Shown: piece after piece, positions 1 to 11,053 of the stretch
Numbering within the stretch: the stretch's first letter is position 1
Layout: the number at the start of each line of letters is the position of its first letter
Virus record (IMG/VR): IMGVR_UViG_3300024493_000235
Coordinates: 1-64,000 of that record
DNA from: a virus
Taxonomy: Duplodnaviria; Caudoviricetes
Length of the DNA stretch: 64,000 nt
Reading direction: 5' to 3' (one strand)
The notes under the pieces: generated by a model
Seen by the model: the letters and a program-made list of their open reading frames with translations, nothing else
The model's database searches: none
What the model was told of the DNA's origin: nothing
Translations under genes and position numbers: made by a program

Positions 1-133
1 TACCTACATTAGCTGAATAGCATGTATTAATAGCATATTATATCAAGAATATCTGCAAAAATCAGCATACAATATATTTTTAGTGCCGTGGAACATTTGT
101 GTAAATAACATCTTATACAAGGAGGCGCCGAAA

Positions 134-1720
134 ATGAAATGGCATAAAATACCTTGGCCTGCAGTTTTTTCTTTTATGTCACAAGAAACCATTTTAAATG
201 GCGTCTGCCGGCAGCATTTAGCTCATTTTTCGAAAAGTTTGTTTAAAACAAAATTTCTTAACAATAAAAGACAAATAGAATCTATGTATAGAGGCAAACA
301 GTATATGTCACCGCATAAAATGCCAGCAGTATTTTTAGGATACGAAATCGACGATAATTCAAAAAATACACAGATGACTTCTTCTTTTCCATACGAATCG
401 GGTGCGCATTTTATAGCTGGTCCTCTTTCTACATATTATTACAGGATATATTCGAACCCAAAAACAAAAGCAACCATATTTGCAAACTTCATCCGTAAAA
501 AATTTACGGTACATGTACGATACGTATTTCCAGACAGATATCAACAGGATGATTTTTATAATTATCTTATAAATACTTTTCCGTATGAAGGCCCTGGAAT
601 AAAATTTAATGTTGATTCAAGAATATGGGCTCCGCTTCCCACAAACATGATCGAATATCTGGCTGTTATGCACGGATATAATTTGGCAGATCCAGCCTTC
701 GGCAAAAGACTCATTCGGGAAATGGAAGAATACTCCTCCGGTATCATTATGAGAAAGAGTGTAAACCTACAAAATAAGACAGCAATGTTTTTCTTTTGTT
801 ACAAAGATCCTTTAATGAAAATAATGCAACCTGAAAGACCAGAAAGAGACGATGGAGAACAAGTTGGACAAATAATGACTCGTTTCGGAATAACCGAAAC
901 GCTTGTATTTGAGCCGCATATTCCAACGATGTTTGTTACAAACGTTCCAGAGATTATTTTTAACAGAAAGGTTCCATCAGAATACAGACCTCAAACATTC
1001 GGAGGTTATGATATCGATCCAAGAAAATTTAACACTCGTTGTATGGACATTCCTACAATTATAAAATCTTCTTTGGATGAAAATGGTATAATTATCACAT
1101 CAGAAGAATTTGGTGTTGCAAAAGACGGAAAAGAAGTGATAAATCTTTTTGAGTTGATTTCCGCAGAGCATATAACTGTGCTTCAAATGATGTTAGATAG
1201 GTGCATCCCTCCATATCTGCGTGGGGAAACTGTTAACGGCATTATTTTACATCATAAATGCAGAATCGATACAAGAAGCGATCTTCCTACAACAGGAGTT
1301 GAATCCGGAGATTTGTATTACATCAAAGATGAAGGAATTTATGTGTATGCAAAAGTCAATAGTGATACAACTATTGAATGGGTGTATCACATTCCAAAGG
1401 TAACTTTCGAAATGATCGAGTATTTTATGGCTACAGCATCCAGTGCATACAAAATCGTAGTCTTTGGTTTTGGTACACAGTTAAAATATGGCATCGACTA
1501 TATCTTCGATTGGTATACAGGTGAGCTTATCATTTTCAATGCATCATCTGATGTAATGTATCGAATGCAAATCATTCGCAATAAAGCTCTCACCGATGCT
1601 TTTCTCAAGAACTTGCATATTCACGATGATAAAGTCTATCGGTCTGATATCACATACACCGTGAAATTAAATATAAACGGGATAATGTCTAATATACATG
1701 GAGGAGATAATGGCAATTAG
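134..1720 (+). CDS. Hypothetical protein, probably virion structural (baseplate/tail region)
   Basis: Long ORF; start moved to ATG 134 after AAGGAGG; late-type motif at 92-103; contains a DLPTTGVESGDLYYI tail-fibre-like motif; coupled to the downstream fibre genes. Confidence 0.55.
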   Translation: MKWHKIPWPAVFSFMSQETILNGVCRQHLAHFSKSLFKTKFLNNKRQIESMYRGKQYMSPHKMPAVFLGYEIDDNSKNTQMTSSFPYESGAHFIAGPLSTYYYRIYSNPKTKATIFANFIRKKFTVHVRYVFPDRYQQDDFYNYLINTFPYEGPGIKFNVDSRIWAPLPTNMIEYLAVMHGYNLADPAFGKRLIREMEEYSSGIIMRKSVNLQNKTAMFFFCYKDPLMKIMQPERPERDDGEQVGQIMTRFGITETLVFEPHIPTMFVTNVPEIIFNRKVPSEYRPQTFGGYDIDPRKFNTRCMDIPTIIKSSLDENGIIITSEEFGVAKDGKEVINLFELISAEHITVLQMMLDRCIPPYLRGETVNGIILHHKCRIDTRSDLPTTGVESGDLYYIKDEGIYVYAKVNSDTTIEWVYHIPKVTFEMIEYFMATASSAYKIVVFGFGTQLKYGIDYIFDWYTGELIIFNASSDVMYRMQIIRNKALTDAFLKNLHIHDDKVYRSDITYTVKLNINGIMSNIHGGDNGN

Positions 1721-4700
1721 TGGATTTACCCCGTCTATAAACGGGGACTATCAAGGGATAGATTTATTCGAACAAAATAAAATGGCATTTTCTCCTGCTA
1801 TGATGTTATGTGGTAGCGGAAATAACCATTTGCGTTTGGAAGTCCCGACAAATACCAAAATAGCGTTAGTATTAACTCCTGTAGGGCTTACAGGAGATAT
1901 AAAAAACGTTACGGCAGAATTAAATACAACTTTTGTTAACAACCTTTCTATGTATACCGAAAACAATGCGATATACTTATTTTTTTCTACGGTATCGACG
2001 GTATACAATAATAGCAGGGCAATTTTATTATCTTTTGATAACGCCGGAACATCCTATACTTTCGAATTAAAGTTTGCCCGTCTATTTGTTGATGTTACAA
2101 AAATAACTCTTACTTCTCCTGTATCCGTAGTTGCGTCAGAACAATTAACTCTTACTGCGACTGTGTCCCCATCGGATGCTACAAACAAAGATATTATTTG
2201 GAGTGTCGTAAGCGGACCTGGGGAAATTACAGGTGGCAATAAACTTAATGCTACAGAAATGGGAACTATTGTTGTAAGAGCTACAATCAATGAAGGTAAT
2301 CTCGACGGATCTGCATTCACAGAAGATTTCTCGATAGAAGCAGTTCCGGATGTAAACGGTATTCTCATTACATGTCCTTCGACAAAAAATGTTCGTAGCA
2401 TGCATGAGATTACAGCTCTTGTAAATACCAATTCAGGAAACAACAGCCGTGACATACTTTGGGAGATTTCTGATCCCGGTATAGCGGAGCCACAGCTTAA
2501 AACTGACGGAAACGGAAAGACGTTTTTATATACAAGATATGACGGTGTAGTCCTTATTAGGGGAAGAATAATCGATGGGATAGGACCCGGAGAAGATTTT
2601 GTTTCCCCAGATTTTGCAATCACGGCATCGTATCCTTCGGCTTTTGAAAAACTTACCGTCTTAAATGACGACATATTCATGGATGATACAGGCGTTGCAA
2701 AAATTCACACATTCTTCGATGGCGATATCACAAACGTCAAAGAGATTGAGTACATAATAGGAACATCTGCGAATCAGATTTTTGCACATTTTAAACACAA
2801 TGCAAGATGTATGCCTGGGGCTCTCTTTAAAATACAAAACTCTTGTTACATCGAAGGACAAAATAAGAAAGCGCAGTTAAATCTTGTATTCTATAATCCT
2901 GACAGAGATAATCCTGGAGAATTTACCATCATCGAAAAAACTCTAGGTCCAAATGCATCATGCTTTGTGTCATTTCATGAAACTGGAGCCAGGTATTATG
3001 TATACACACCATCTTCTGACGAAGTTGGCGAATGTGTCGCCATAAAAGATACAAGTCCAGATGTAGTAAAGAATCCATCTCCTGTTGTAACAAACATCGT
3101 GTATTCTTTACTTCGTTATATATCGAATGATACAGTATACAGAGTATATTTAGCAAAAGGGCCGACAAAAAATTATACCATACATCTTGAAAACGCATTC
3201 TACGGCCTTCTTGAAGTATATTACAAAGACGACGAAGGAGTTACAAAATTCCTTACAAACATAGATCCGTACTCAGGATGGTTTATGAGATGGAACGGTG
3301 CAACATATGTAACTACATCTCCAGGAACCGATGCCGAAATTGTTCAAAACAATGATTTTGCAAATGTCCTTGTAAACCAAAGTGTGCGTGAAGGAATTGC
3401 TCCAAATTCGTTTAACACTTCAATTCTTGAAGCTATGTATCCCGATCTCATTGGAAACAAACCTATTCTTGTAGAAGAGAATACAACTCTTAATAATCGT
3501 CTTGCATGCCGAAGATGTGTTATCATTAGAGGTTCAACAACAGAAGTTACGATAGATTGCACAGAGTTTATTCCAGGAAACGGGTTTATCATCTACAATG
3601 AATCAGAAAACCCCGTCGTTATTAATAAGAAAGTCGGTAATACTATAACACCTCTTCTGACGCTACAAACGTCAACAACTTCAAAGAATGTCGTTACGAT
3701 TGTAACGGATCATAATTTCGAAGTTGTATATGAAGAATATGATGTGCCTTTACTTATTGCGAAATGTCTTAAAGTCATTGATGATAAATTTGCATCCGGT
3801 ACTACAGGTGCTGGTGCGAGTATTATACTGACACAACCCGGGGCAGTTCCTCGCAATATTGGAAACTTTAATAAAACCTCTCAAATGCTTATCGATAATT
3901 TAATGAGGCGTTTATCTTCTATAAAGAATACGTCACAAAAAATTGATACAGCTAAAGCTATTGTACAGAGTGAATTCGAAACAGCTACAGCGCACAATGC
4001 AGAATTCATCGATGTCGAAAGTACTTTGTCCGAAAAGATAGCTGAACTCAAAGAAGACGATCTTAACCCGCTTTTCGATATTGCAAGTGAAGTCGTGCAA
4101 AAAGCTTCGACTGTAAATATCAAGTACAACACATGGAAAGGAGATCAAATTAAGTTCGAAAGAGAAAACATCGTATTTCTTGAGAATAACGGTGGGTTTA
4201 CTAACGGACAAAGTCCCGTTTACAATGAAGGCTCTTGTAGGGATATATTTGATGTATATGCTTCCGATGATCCGTCGATTGTTCATGCAAATCCAAGAGA
4301 ACTCAAATACGGATCAACGGATACCTTTATTTCAGAAGAAGATTATATCGAAAAAGAGTGTACAGCAATAAATGCAGCAGTTGCTCTTGCAAAAAATGAT
4401 ATATCAGGAAATCTTTATGCAAGGCGCAAGCTTCGTATCGGAGATTACTTTGATATTCCTCTTATCGATTGCTCTTTAAGTCCGACCATTCCAAACAAAG
4501 TGTACGATACCTTCAGAAATGGATTACTTCGTTTGGTTATCGTAGGTTTTAACACTTATACGAACGGAGATAATGATTTTCCGCATGCAATCGTAGCATT
4601 CAGAAACTGTATCGCAAAGATGACCATGGCAAATGCTATAGCACTTCTTTCTAGCGATAGTTTTAATATATCGTTAGCTTCTGCTTTGGGAACCACATAC

Positions 4701-5123
4701 AATACAAGTACAAAAACCTTTGCACAGTTTATAAAAAAGATAAAGATATCAACTCCTATAGCTTTCTTGCAGAAATTCTACGATAGGAAAGATGTTAACG
4801 TATTTTTACCGTCTTTAATGGAAATAACCGGCAGACCCTTTATTACACAAAATTATGCGCACATAAATCCGGATATTTCTCATGTGCATCTTCCGCTATT
4901 TTCAGGTTCAAAAGTCTATGCAAACAAAAGGATTTTCAGGGGTGCGTCTCCTACGTACTTCCAGGAGTTCCAATGGCAAGACAATATATCTTGGCTTCTT
5001 GAAAACAGGATAGATTCGTCAATGAAGGCGGTCTATGTTAGTGGAGCGGATTCTTCTAAGATTTTTCTTAGTAATCAAGAAGACGATGAATTTGGTGTAT
5101 CGCCGATGTTTGCGATAGGATAA
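1710..5123 (+). CDS. Putative tail fibre/adhesin with Ig-like (Big_2-type) domains and a C-terminal DUF6273/C-type-lectin-like domain
   Basis: LTATVSPSDATNKDIIWSV Ig-like motif; central coiled coil; C-terminal LRIGDYFD..LRLVIVGFNTY..WLLE..GVSPMFAIG; RBS GGAGGAG before ATG 1710. Confidence 0.6.
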   Translation: MAISGFTPSINGDYQGIDLFEQNKMAFSPAMMLCGSGNNHLRLEVPTNTKIALVLTPVGLTGDIKNVTAELNTTFVNNLSMYTENNAIYLFFSTVSTVYNNSRAILLSFDNAGTSYTFELKFARLFVDVTKITLTSPVSVVASEQLTLTATVSPSDATNKDIIWSVVSGPGEITGGNKLNATEMGTIVVRATINEGNLDGSAFTEDFSIEAVPDVNGILITCPSTKNVRSMHEITALVNTNSGNNSRDILWEISDPGIAEPQLKTDGNGKTFLYTRYDGVVLIRGRIIDGIGPGEDFVSPDFAITASYPSAFEKLTVLNDDIFMDDTGVAKIHTFFDGDITNVKEIEYIIGTSANQIFAHFKHNARCMPGALFKIQNSCYIEGQNKKAQLNLVFYNPDRDNPGEFTIIEKTLGPNASCFVSFHETGARYYVYTPSSDEVGECVAIKDTSPDVVKNPSPVVTNIVYSLLRYISNDTVYRVYLAKGPTKNYTIHLENAFYGLLEVYYKDDEGVTKFLTNIDPYSGWFMRWNGATYVTTSPGTDAEIVQNNDFANVLVNQSVREGIAPNSFNTSILEAMYPDLIGNKPILVEENTTLNNRLACRRCVIIRGSTTEVTIDCTEFIPGNGFIIYNESENPVVINKKVGNTITPLLTLQTSTTSKNVVTIVTDHNFEVVYEEYDVPLLIAKCLKVIDDKFASGTTGAGASIILTQPGAVPRNIGNFNKTSQMLIDNLMRRLSSIKNTSQKIDTAKAIVQSEFETATAHNAEFIDVESTLSEKIAELKEDDLNPLFDIASEVVQKASTVNIKYNTWKGDQIKFERENIVFLENNGGFTNGQSPVYNEGSCRDIFDVYASDDPSIVHANPRELKYGSTDTFISEEDYIEKECTAINAAVALAKNDISGNLYARRKLRIGDYFDIPLIDCSLSPTIPNKVYDTFRNGLLRLVIVGFNTYTNGDNDFPHAIVAFRNCIAKMTMANAIALLSSDSFNISLASALGTTYNTSTKTFAQFIKKIKISTPIAFLQKFYDRKDVNVFLPSLMEITGRPFITQNYAHINPDISHVHLPLFSGSKVYANKRIFRGASPTYFQEFQWQDNISWLLENRIDSSMKAVYVSGADSSKIFLSNQEDDEFGVSPMFAIG

Positions 5124-5138
5124 ATACAAACAAGGGAG

Positions 5139-6782
5139 ATGAATATGACAATACCTAATTTTTTAAAAGATCAAGGTATGTATGTGCCGAATTCAGCCAT
5201 CCGCAAAGAAGGCTTCGGAATAAATCCCATACAACTTGATACCGCTAAATTCGAAAGAATGTATCCTGATGCTATAAGAAGAAAACCTCTTCTTATAAGC
5301 GAGAACAATACTCGTGTTGATTACACATACCCTAACAGGGCAATACTTATTTCAAACGAAGTCGATAATATTGTATTCTGGATGCCTGATATGTCAAATA
5401 CATCTGGCAAGAAAGGCATTCTTAATACAGGATATTGGTATGAAATACATAATACGACAGACCATCCTGTAACACTCCAATTGGAAAATCAACAAAAAGA
5501 GTTTACAGCTTGTGTTCTTAATATCGAAGAGACCGGCATGGTTCATTTTGTTGCAGGGGTTTGGGAGTTTATGCCATATAGCTTTCTCACCCTGTATGAG
5601 TTCGTACAAACCCAAGTCCAGTTGTTTTCAGACCAAAATATTGGGGATATTATCGATGTTATGAACCAGATTCTTGAGTTTAACGAAGCTATACAGATAG
5701 TTACAACAGAAGTACTGGATGCATCGAACATCGTAAATCAAACTCAACAAGAAGTTTTAAATCTTGCAGAATCTATCACAGCCTTAGAGCAAACCATTCA
5801 GAATCAAAAGGCATTGGTGCAATCAAACTGTTCAATAGTCGACGGATTCCAGAAAAGCATTCAGGATTCTATAAAGGATACTGAAAATGCTTTGAAAGAA
5901 GTTGACAGACGGCTTAAGATAGTCGTTGACCAACAAATGGATATTGAAGTTCATCAGAAAGATATTCTTGAATTCCAAGATGGAGACGGCTCGCTCTTCT
6001 CAACAGGAGCTGACGCTGTTTACAGTGATAAGTTTGCAAGAGATATCTTTAAAGTATTAAACATCAAAGAGCCTACAGTTGGAAGCGAGTACACCTTAGT
6101 GCCATTATTCGAAGAATTGCAAACTCGTCTTACAGATTACAATGTACGGCATCTTAAAATTGGAGATATACTTAACCTTAAGTGTTATGACGGTTTCCAA
6201 GATACTCAAGCCATGATAGCAGGTTTTAATCCTTACAAAGATACCATTAACACAAAAAACCACATCATATTCGCTTTCCGTCATGCTCCATTCACAGGAA
6301 ACACAATTAATCTTTCACAAAACGATAAGACACCACAGCAATTAGCCACACGTGTAAAAAACAGCCTTATATATGCAAATCTCTTTAATGCAGTGGGTGG
6401 AAGGACAGATTTCTTTTATTCATTGCAAAGAACCCGTTGCGGGCAATCCTTTGCAACTGAGATAGGTCTTCTGTCAGAATTTGAAGTAACCGGAACTTCT
6501 GTATATGGATACGATGCTTTAGGAGATCCTTTAAGTTACGGCGTAGGATTTGAAAATCAGATACACCTCCCTTTATTTGCAAGCTCGACTTATATGAGAT
6601 GCAAAACCCGTGACGGTATCAGATCTCCTTGGTTACTTGAAACTTCTCTTAATACACAGAAATACGGCTCTTTATTCCCAAGTTGCACAACGCTAAGTGT
6701 AACTGAAAACGGGATTCTTCTTCCCGTTATTGTACATCCGAGTATTTCGATATCTCCGTGGTTTGCTATCTGCGGAAAATAA
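5139..6782 (+). CDS. Putative fibre/adhesin, paralogue of the C-terminal half of 1710-5123
   Basis: Shares EG..P...MYPD..KP.L..EN, coiled coil, LKIGD..IAGFN.Y..WLLE..ISPWFAI motifs with the upstream gene. Confidence 0.6.
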   Translation: MNMTIPNFLKDQGMYVPNSAIRKEGFGINPIQLDTAKFERMYPDAIRRKPLLISENNTRVDYTYPNRAILISNEVDNIVFWMPDMSNTSGKKGILNTGYWYEIHNTTDHPVTLQLENQQKEFTACVLNIEETGMVHFVAGVWEFMPYSFLTLYEFVQTQVQLFSDQNIGDIIDVMNQILEFNEAIQIVTTEVLDASNIVNQTQQEVLNLAESITALEQTIQNQKALVQSNCSIVDGFQKSIQDSIKDTENALKEVDRRLKIVVDQQMDIEVHQKDILEFQDGDGSLFSTGADAVYSDKFARDIFKVLNIKEPTVGSEYTLVPLFEELQTRLTDYNVRHLKIGDILNLKCYDGFQDTQAMIAGFNPYKDTINTKNHIIFAFRHAPFTGNTINLSQNDKTPQQLATRVKNSLIYANLFNAVGGRTDFFYSLQRTRCGQSFATEIGLLSEFEVTGTSVYGYDALGDPLSYGVGFENQIHLPLFASSTYMRCKTRDGIRSPWLLETSLNTQKYGSLFPSCTTLSVTENGILLPVIVHPSISISPWFAICGK

Positions 6783-6794
6783 CAACAATGAGAT

Positions 6795-6829
6795 ACCCTT
6801 GTGGGAAAACTCCCACAAGGGTTATTTTT
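6795..6829 (+). terminator. Intrinsic terminator-like hairpin
   Basis: ACCCTTGTGGGA-AAAC-TCCCACAAGGGT followed by T-rich tract. Confidence 0.7.
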
Positions 6830-6844
6830 AAGAAGGAGATAACT

Positions 6845-7360
6845 ATGGAAAACAAAGAATACGAAGAGATGATTAAAAGACAAGCAAGTGTAAACAAAAC
6901 TCCGAGTAATACTATTCCTATGCTTATAATCTGGCTTGTATACACGGCGGCCATTATCATATGGAGAATGTTTTTTACCTCTGAAGAAAACGATGGTACC
7001 AAATTCGATCTACAAACACTTGTATGGGTTGCAGGTGGAGCTACGTTTTCATATATGGTAGGAGGCCATGTCGCAGATTTTATTAAAAACAAAGGACTTC
7101 CTAAGGATATAGGAGAAATAAAAGATATTCAAAGATATAAAGCATTAACATATTTTTGGATTGTCTTATCTCTTATATCTTCTATCGCATATTTTAAATT
7201 CAACGTGCAGATGCTTCCGCATACAGATATACTTATCATTGCAGGCGTCATAAGTTGTGAGTATATCGCCGGAAATAGAGCAAACAAAATCGCAACAATA
7301 CTCGAGCCTCCAGAAGAAGAGTGTGAATGCAAAAAAGAAAAGAAAAGTGCAGAATCGTAA
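6845..7360 (+). CDS. Four-TM membrane protein (holin-like), internally duplicated
   Basis: Four hydrophobic segments in two similar halves (..AGGATFSYMVGG.. / ..AGVISCEYIAGN..); charged C-tail; RBS AAGGAG before ATG 6845. Confidence 0.5.
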   Translation: MENKEYEEMIKRQASVNKTPSNTIPMLIIWLVYTAAIIIWRMFFTSEENDGTKFDLQTLVWVAGGATFSYMVGGHVADFIKNKGLPKDIGEIKDIQRYKALTYFWIVLSLISSIAYFKFNVQMLPHTDILIIAGVISCEYIAGNRANKIATILEPPEEECECKKEKKSAES

Positions 7361-7370
7361 CACAATAAAT

Positions 7371-7412
7371 AAGACTCTAGGAATATTCCTAGAGTCTTAA
7401 ACTTTCTTTTTT
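7371..7412 (+). terminator. Intrinsic terminator
   Basis: AAGACTCTAGGAA-TA-TTCCTAGAGTCTT inverted repeat plus T-tract. Confidence 0.7.
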
Positions 7413-7464
7413 GTTTATATGACAAACATCAGGATAATTCTAATCTTTTAACAAGGAGAAAATC

Positions 7465-8403
7465 ATGTTAAAATTTGCATATGGGGAACCTGAAAATAAA
7501 GATATATCTATTATCAATGTGGACACAGGAGAGCCTGAGTATCAGCTTCCATGGGTATTAAGAGAGCAACTTCCTGATGGAAATATAGATGTCTCTGTTG
7601 ATAAAGAAGGTATTTGGAAAGTTGTTGATTCATCTGGAAAAATATTGTTTCATAGCGAAACTAAACCAAAAGTATCAATACAAAATTCTGCATCTTTTTT
7701 ATCAGGACTAGCTTCCGGTTCCACATACCTTAGTGCACAAGGAAAGCATGCGTTTATAGATGTCACATCTCCTGCTACTGTAACAGGCCTTAAACATATC
7801 GCAGGGAATGCGTCTATAAGTCTATCTTCATTGTCAATTCCAGATGGCGCAGTTCTTGTAATAGATTCTGGAGTGCATATTATTCTGTCTTCGTTATCAC
7901 AGCTTAATATTTCCGGTACTCTTATACTAAGAGGCGGATCAAGATTCACAGTGGATGATATAGCACCAAGCTCACTAATTATGACAAGAATGACAGGATC
8001 TGGAAAAATGATAAACTTCTCCGGTTCTGCTTTTGATGACGATATTTTTATATCCAACAGGGTTGATATTTCATCGAATTCTATTCTTATAACAGGAACT
8101 ATGTGTCTATTAAATGATCGTGTAATAAATTGCGACATTTCGTTTGCGGAGAATGGACAACTTATACTTGGAAAAGGTGTAAATCTCACAGTTGGCGGTG
8201 CTGGAATTCTGAATACAGATACTGGGGATATTTTAGGTGAACGTGGTAGTACTACTAAAATAACCATGTTATCTGGAAGTACAATTACAAAAGACACCGA
8301 TAACGGACTTAAAAAAGGAACTATTGGCGCTCCAGTTGAAGATGGTGGAACAGCTCCTCCCGCAAGTTATACATGGAATCAATCTACAAAAAAATGGGCT
8401 TAA
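7465..8403 (+). CDS. Hypothetical protein with beta-helix-like C-terminal half
   Basis: Gly/Ile/Leu/Ser beta-solenoid periodicity (IPDGAVLVIDSGVHIIL..LNISGTLIL); RBS AAGGAG; late-type motif 7425-7436. Confidence 0.5.
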   Translation: MLKFAYGEPENKDISIINVDTGEPEYQLPWVLREQLPDGNIDVSVDKEGIWKVVDSSGKILFHSETKPKVSIQNSASFLSGLASGSTYLSAQGKHAFIDVTSPATVTGLKHIAGNASISLSSLSIPDGAVLVIDSGVHIILSSLSQLNISGTLILRGGSRFTVDDIAPSSLIMTRMTGSGKMINFSGSAFDDDIFISNRVDISSNSILITGTMCLLNDRVINCDISFAENGQLILGKGVNLTVGGAGILNTDTGDILGERGSTTKITMLSGSTITKDTDNGLKKGTIGAPVEDGGTAPPASYTWNQSTKKWA

Positions 8404-8408
8404 AATTA

Positions 8409-8436
8409 AATATCCGGAGCCACGGCTCCGGATATT
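8409..8436. terminator. Bidirectional terminator between convergent genes
   Basis: AATATCCGGAGCC-AC-GGCTCCGGATATT. Confidence 0.75.
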
Positions 8437-8443
8437 CTTTTGT

Positions 8444-9718
8444 TTATAGCAAATCCTTTTTCTTGAGATCCTTAAGATACATTGTCATAAGAGATTCCTT
8501 ATTATTAATAAGGTCGACAATCTTTTCAACCCCAAGGTCTTTTAAAATTCCAGAAGCCGTATTTGAAAGAATAGACACTATCGGGTTTACTATAACTAAA
8601 TTTTCCCTAAGTCTTTTTCTTATAATACGATGAGTTAAAGTATTGCAGCCAGTTCCTTCCAAAAACATGTTAAAGAGTACCACGTGTTCAGGAGTTCTAG
8701 GATATGTTTCCCAGTATAACCCTTTTTTACGTTCAGGAAGAAATATGTTAATCTCTCCTATTGTAAAGTTATACTTAACCCCAAATTCCCGGCATCCTTT
8801 CTCTCCATATCCCGAAGTATCAATATCGTGCTTTTTTAATGTCGAAAGTAATACCATAGGCTCATAATGTTCTTTGCCATATATTAAGATCTTTTTAAGT
8901 TCTTTGTACCTGTTTGCACAAGTCCACTCAAGACCTTTTACTTCGGCGCATTTATTGAACACATATTGAGCGCATCTTGTGGCACCTTTTTGAGTGCAAC
9001 TTTGTAAAACACCGGCTCCTTTACCTGAAACTGGAGATATATTAAATTCCCTACACATCCATTCTACGATAGTGACATAATCTTTTCTGATCATTTCACT
9101 TAATGGATAGAAATTCTGATGATCTGCCCTACCTCCAAGTTTTGCAAGTCCTTGTAATGTGCCTAATAACACTGGTTCCGGTATAACAAGTAGAGAGTTT
9201 ATTTTATCGAGGATTTGATTTTTTGCGCTTTTTATAGAATCCGCAGCACCTTTGTCTAATGCTCTAACTGTATTATCCATTTTCTTAACTGCGGTCTTTT
9301 TTGTCTTTTCCCATTGCTTTTCAATAGCTTTTTGAGGATCTGTTATTACATCAAGTTTTTTATCAAGTTTAGTATTTCCTGTCTTTGCAGTTTCTAAACC
9401 TTCCATAGATTTTCCGAAGTTACTTGCAGCACTTGATGTTTTTGGAAAAGCTTTTTCAGGATTTGTTGATAATAAATTTTTTGTAGGTCCTGATGAATAT
9501 TTAGAAAGTGCTGATTCTTTTCCTGAATCTGCTTTTGAAGTCGTTGCTGTAGATGATCCTGTAAACCTAGGAGAATCATCTACATTTTGCCAAAGTTGTG
9601 TTGGAGCATCTATTCCTCTCCATGCTTTTGTACTTGGATCGTAATGGACTTCAGTTTGATATGGCGTTCGAACTACATTTGCAGAACCGGATTCTGATCC
9701 TTCGGATTCTATACCCAT
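8444..9718 (-). CDS. Hypothetical protein
   Basis: 424-aa ORF, Ser/Thr/Lys-rich N-terminus; late-type motif 9775-9786 upstream. Confidence 0.7.
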   Translation of the reverse strand: MGIESEGSESGSANVVRTPYQTEVHYDPSTKAWRGIDAPTQLWQNVDDSPRFTGSSTATTSKADSGKESALSKYSSGPTKNLLSTNPEKAFPKTSSAASNFGKSMEGLETAKTGNTKLDKKLDVITDPQKAIEKQWEKTKKTAVKKMDNTVRALDKGAADSIKSAKNQILDKINSLLVIPEPVLLGTLQGLAKLGGRADHQNFYPLSEMIRKDYVTIVEWMCREFNISPVSGKGAGVLQSCTQKGATRCAQYVFNKCAEVKGLEWTCANRYKELKKILIYGKEHYEPMVLLSTLKKHDIDTSGYGEKGCREFGVKYNFTIGEINIFLPERKKGLYWETYPRTPEHVVLFNMFLEGTGCNTLTHRIIRKRLRENLVIVNPIVSILSNTASGILKDLGVEKIVDLINNKESLMTMYLKDLKKKDLL

Positions 9719-9797
9719 ATTTATTTCCTTCTTAGTACAAAAAAATAACAGGTAATCGTTTTAGAACTACCTGTTATTTACATGTTTTCACGCCTTT

Positions 9798-11042
9798 TTA
9801 TATCCAACCTTCTGGATTATTATCATCTTTTGGGTTAGTTATGGGTGTGTAATACACTGTTTCAATATTTGCGCGTCCCGGTTCATCGTACGAAGAGTCG
9901 CCCTGATGTTTTGGTAATGCTGTGCGATATTTAGGAGGTGGTAGTGCAAGGACTTCTTGGCTTCTTGGTAACACTTCCTCCTCAATGATGTGGATAACTT
10001 CATAATCGGTACTGAGAGGGATATCCTCTTCTGTTTCTGTATCCAAGGTGTCGAACGAGATACGATCCTGTATGTCGTCTTGCATCGATTCAAGAACCAA
10101 AGACTCGGTATCATCTTCCGTATCCTGTGCACTTTGTACTTCTTCAGTAACTTGGTCATCGGGAACTTGCTCTTGTGGTTCCACTTGTTCATCTTCTTCC
10201 TCCACATCATCCACGTCATCAAAACCACACCAGCCGAATAGAGTATCTATTTCTTTGTCGGTGAAGTCGTTATCGATAAACGATTCTTTGCCGATGATTT
10301 CATCTTCTTTTTCGAAATCCTCATCGGTTAATTCCGTTGCAAGGTCGTCATCAGTATATTCAAATACCGGATCCTTTTGTTCGTCAGCTTCATCTGCAAA
10401 ATTCTCAAATTCCTCTTCGACTTCAGGTCCTTGGAAGATTTCTCCTTTGGCGTACAATGCTTGCTTCCTACTAAAAGCTCCCATTTCTTGGATTCTTTTA
10501 TATTCATCCCAAGCACTTTCTATTGTGACTACCATTCCTTTGAATGTCGATTCGTTTATGAAAGATGATTTCCATAAGTAATCAAGAACAGCTATTGTAA
10601 CTGCAATCGACGATTCTTCATGAACTCCGTGTCCGCAGACCTTTTGATGTTCGTCGACGATTTCGACTTCGACGATTTCTTTATCGTAGTACACACCGTT
10701 TTCATCCTGTGTGATGACTGTTGTGTTTATTGTGTAATCAGCTTCTTCTGCCGTTTTCTCTTTTAACTCTCCTGCGAAGATTCTTGCATATACAGCTAGT
10801 TGCATCAAGAACTGTGCGTGATCTTCCCTTGCCAGGGGATTGAACGCCATATAATCGTTTTTGTGCTTCTTTCCGATATCAACACAGAGTATTTTTTCAT
10901 TTATCTTGATATTCACATCGGGTTCCTCAGGATAGTAAATTCTACCATCCTGAGGATCGATATCGAGTCCGATGATGTCTAAGAGTTTAATAATCGTGTG
11001 TTTCTGGATGTCGTGTTTCTGTAGCCCTGCTATTATACTCAA
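9798..11042 (-). CDS. Hypothetical protein with highly acidic C-terminal half
   Basis: 414-aa ORF; TTG start with GGAGGAG RBS; D/E-rich tract. Confidence 0.7.
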   Translation of the reverse strand: MSIIAGLQKHDIQKHTIIKLLDIIGLDIDPQDGRIYYPEEPDVNIKINEKILCVDIGKKHKNDYMAFNPLAREDHAQFLMQLAVYARIFAGELKEKTAEEADYTINTTVITQDENGVYYDKEIVEVEIVDEHQKVCGHGVHEESSIAVTIAVLDYLWKSSFINESTFKGMVVTIESAWDEYKRIQEMGAFSRKQALYAKGEIFQGPEVEEEFENFADEADEQKDPVFEYTDDDLATELTDEDFEKEDEIIGKESFIDNDFTDKEIDTLFGWCGFDDVDDVEEEDEQVEPQEQVPDDQVTEEVQSAQDTEDDTESLVLESMQDDIQDRISFDTLDTETEEDIPLSTDYEVIHIIEEEVLPRSQEVLALPPPKYRTALPKHQGDSSYDEPGRANIETVYYTPITNPKDDNNPEGWI

Positions 11043-11053
11043 AGCTTCTCCTC

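Noticed and set aside
4980-6782. Diversity-generating retroelement acting on the lectin-like fibre tips
   Set aside because: No reverse transcriptase and no adenine-variant template repeat found in the window
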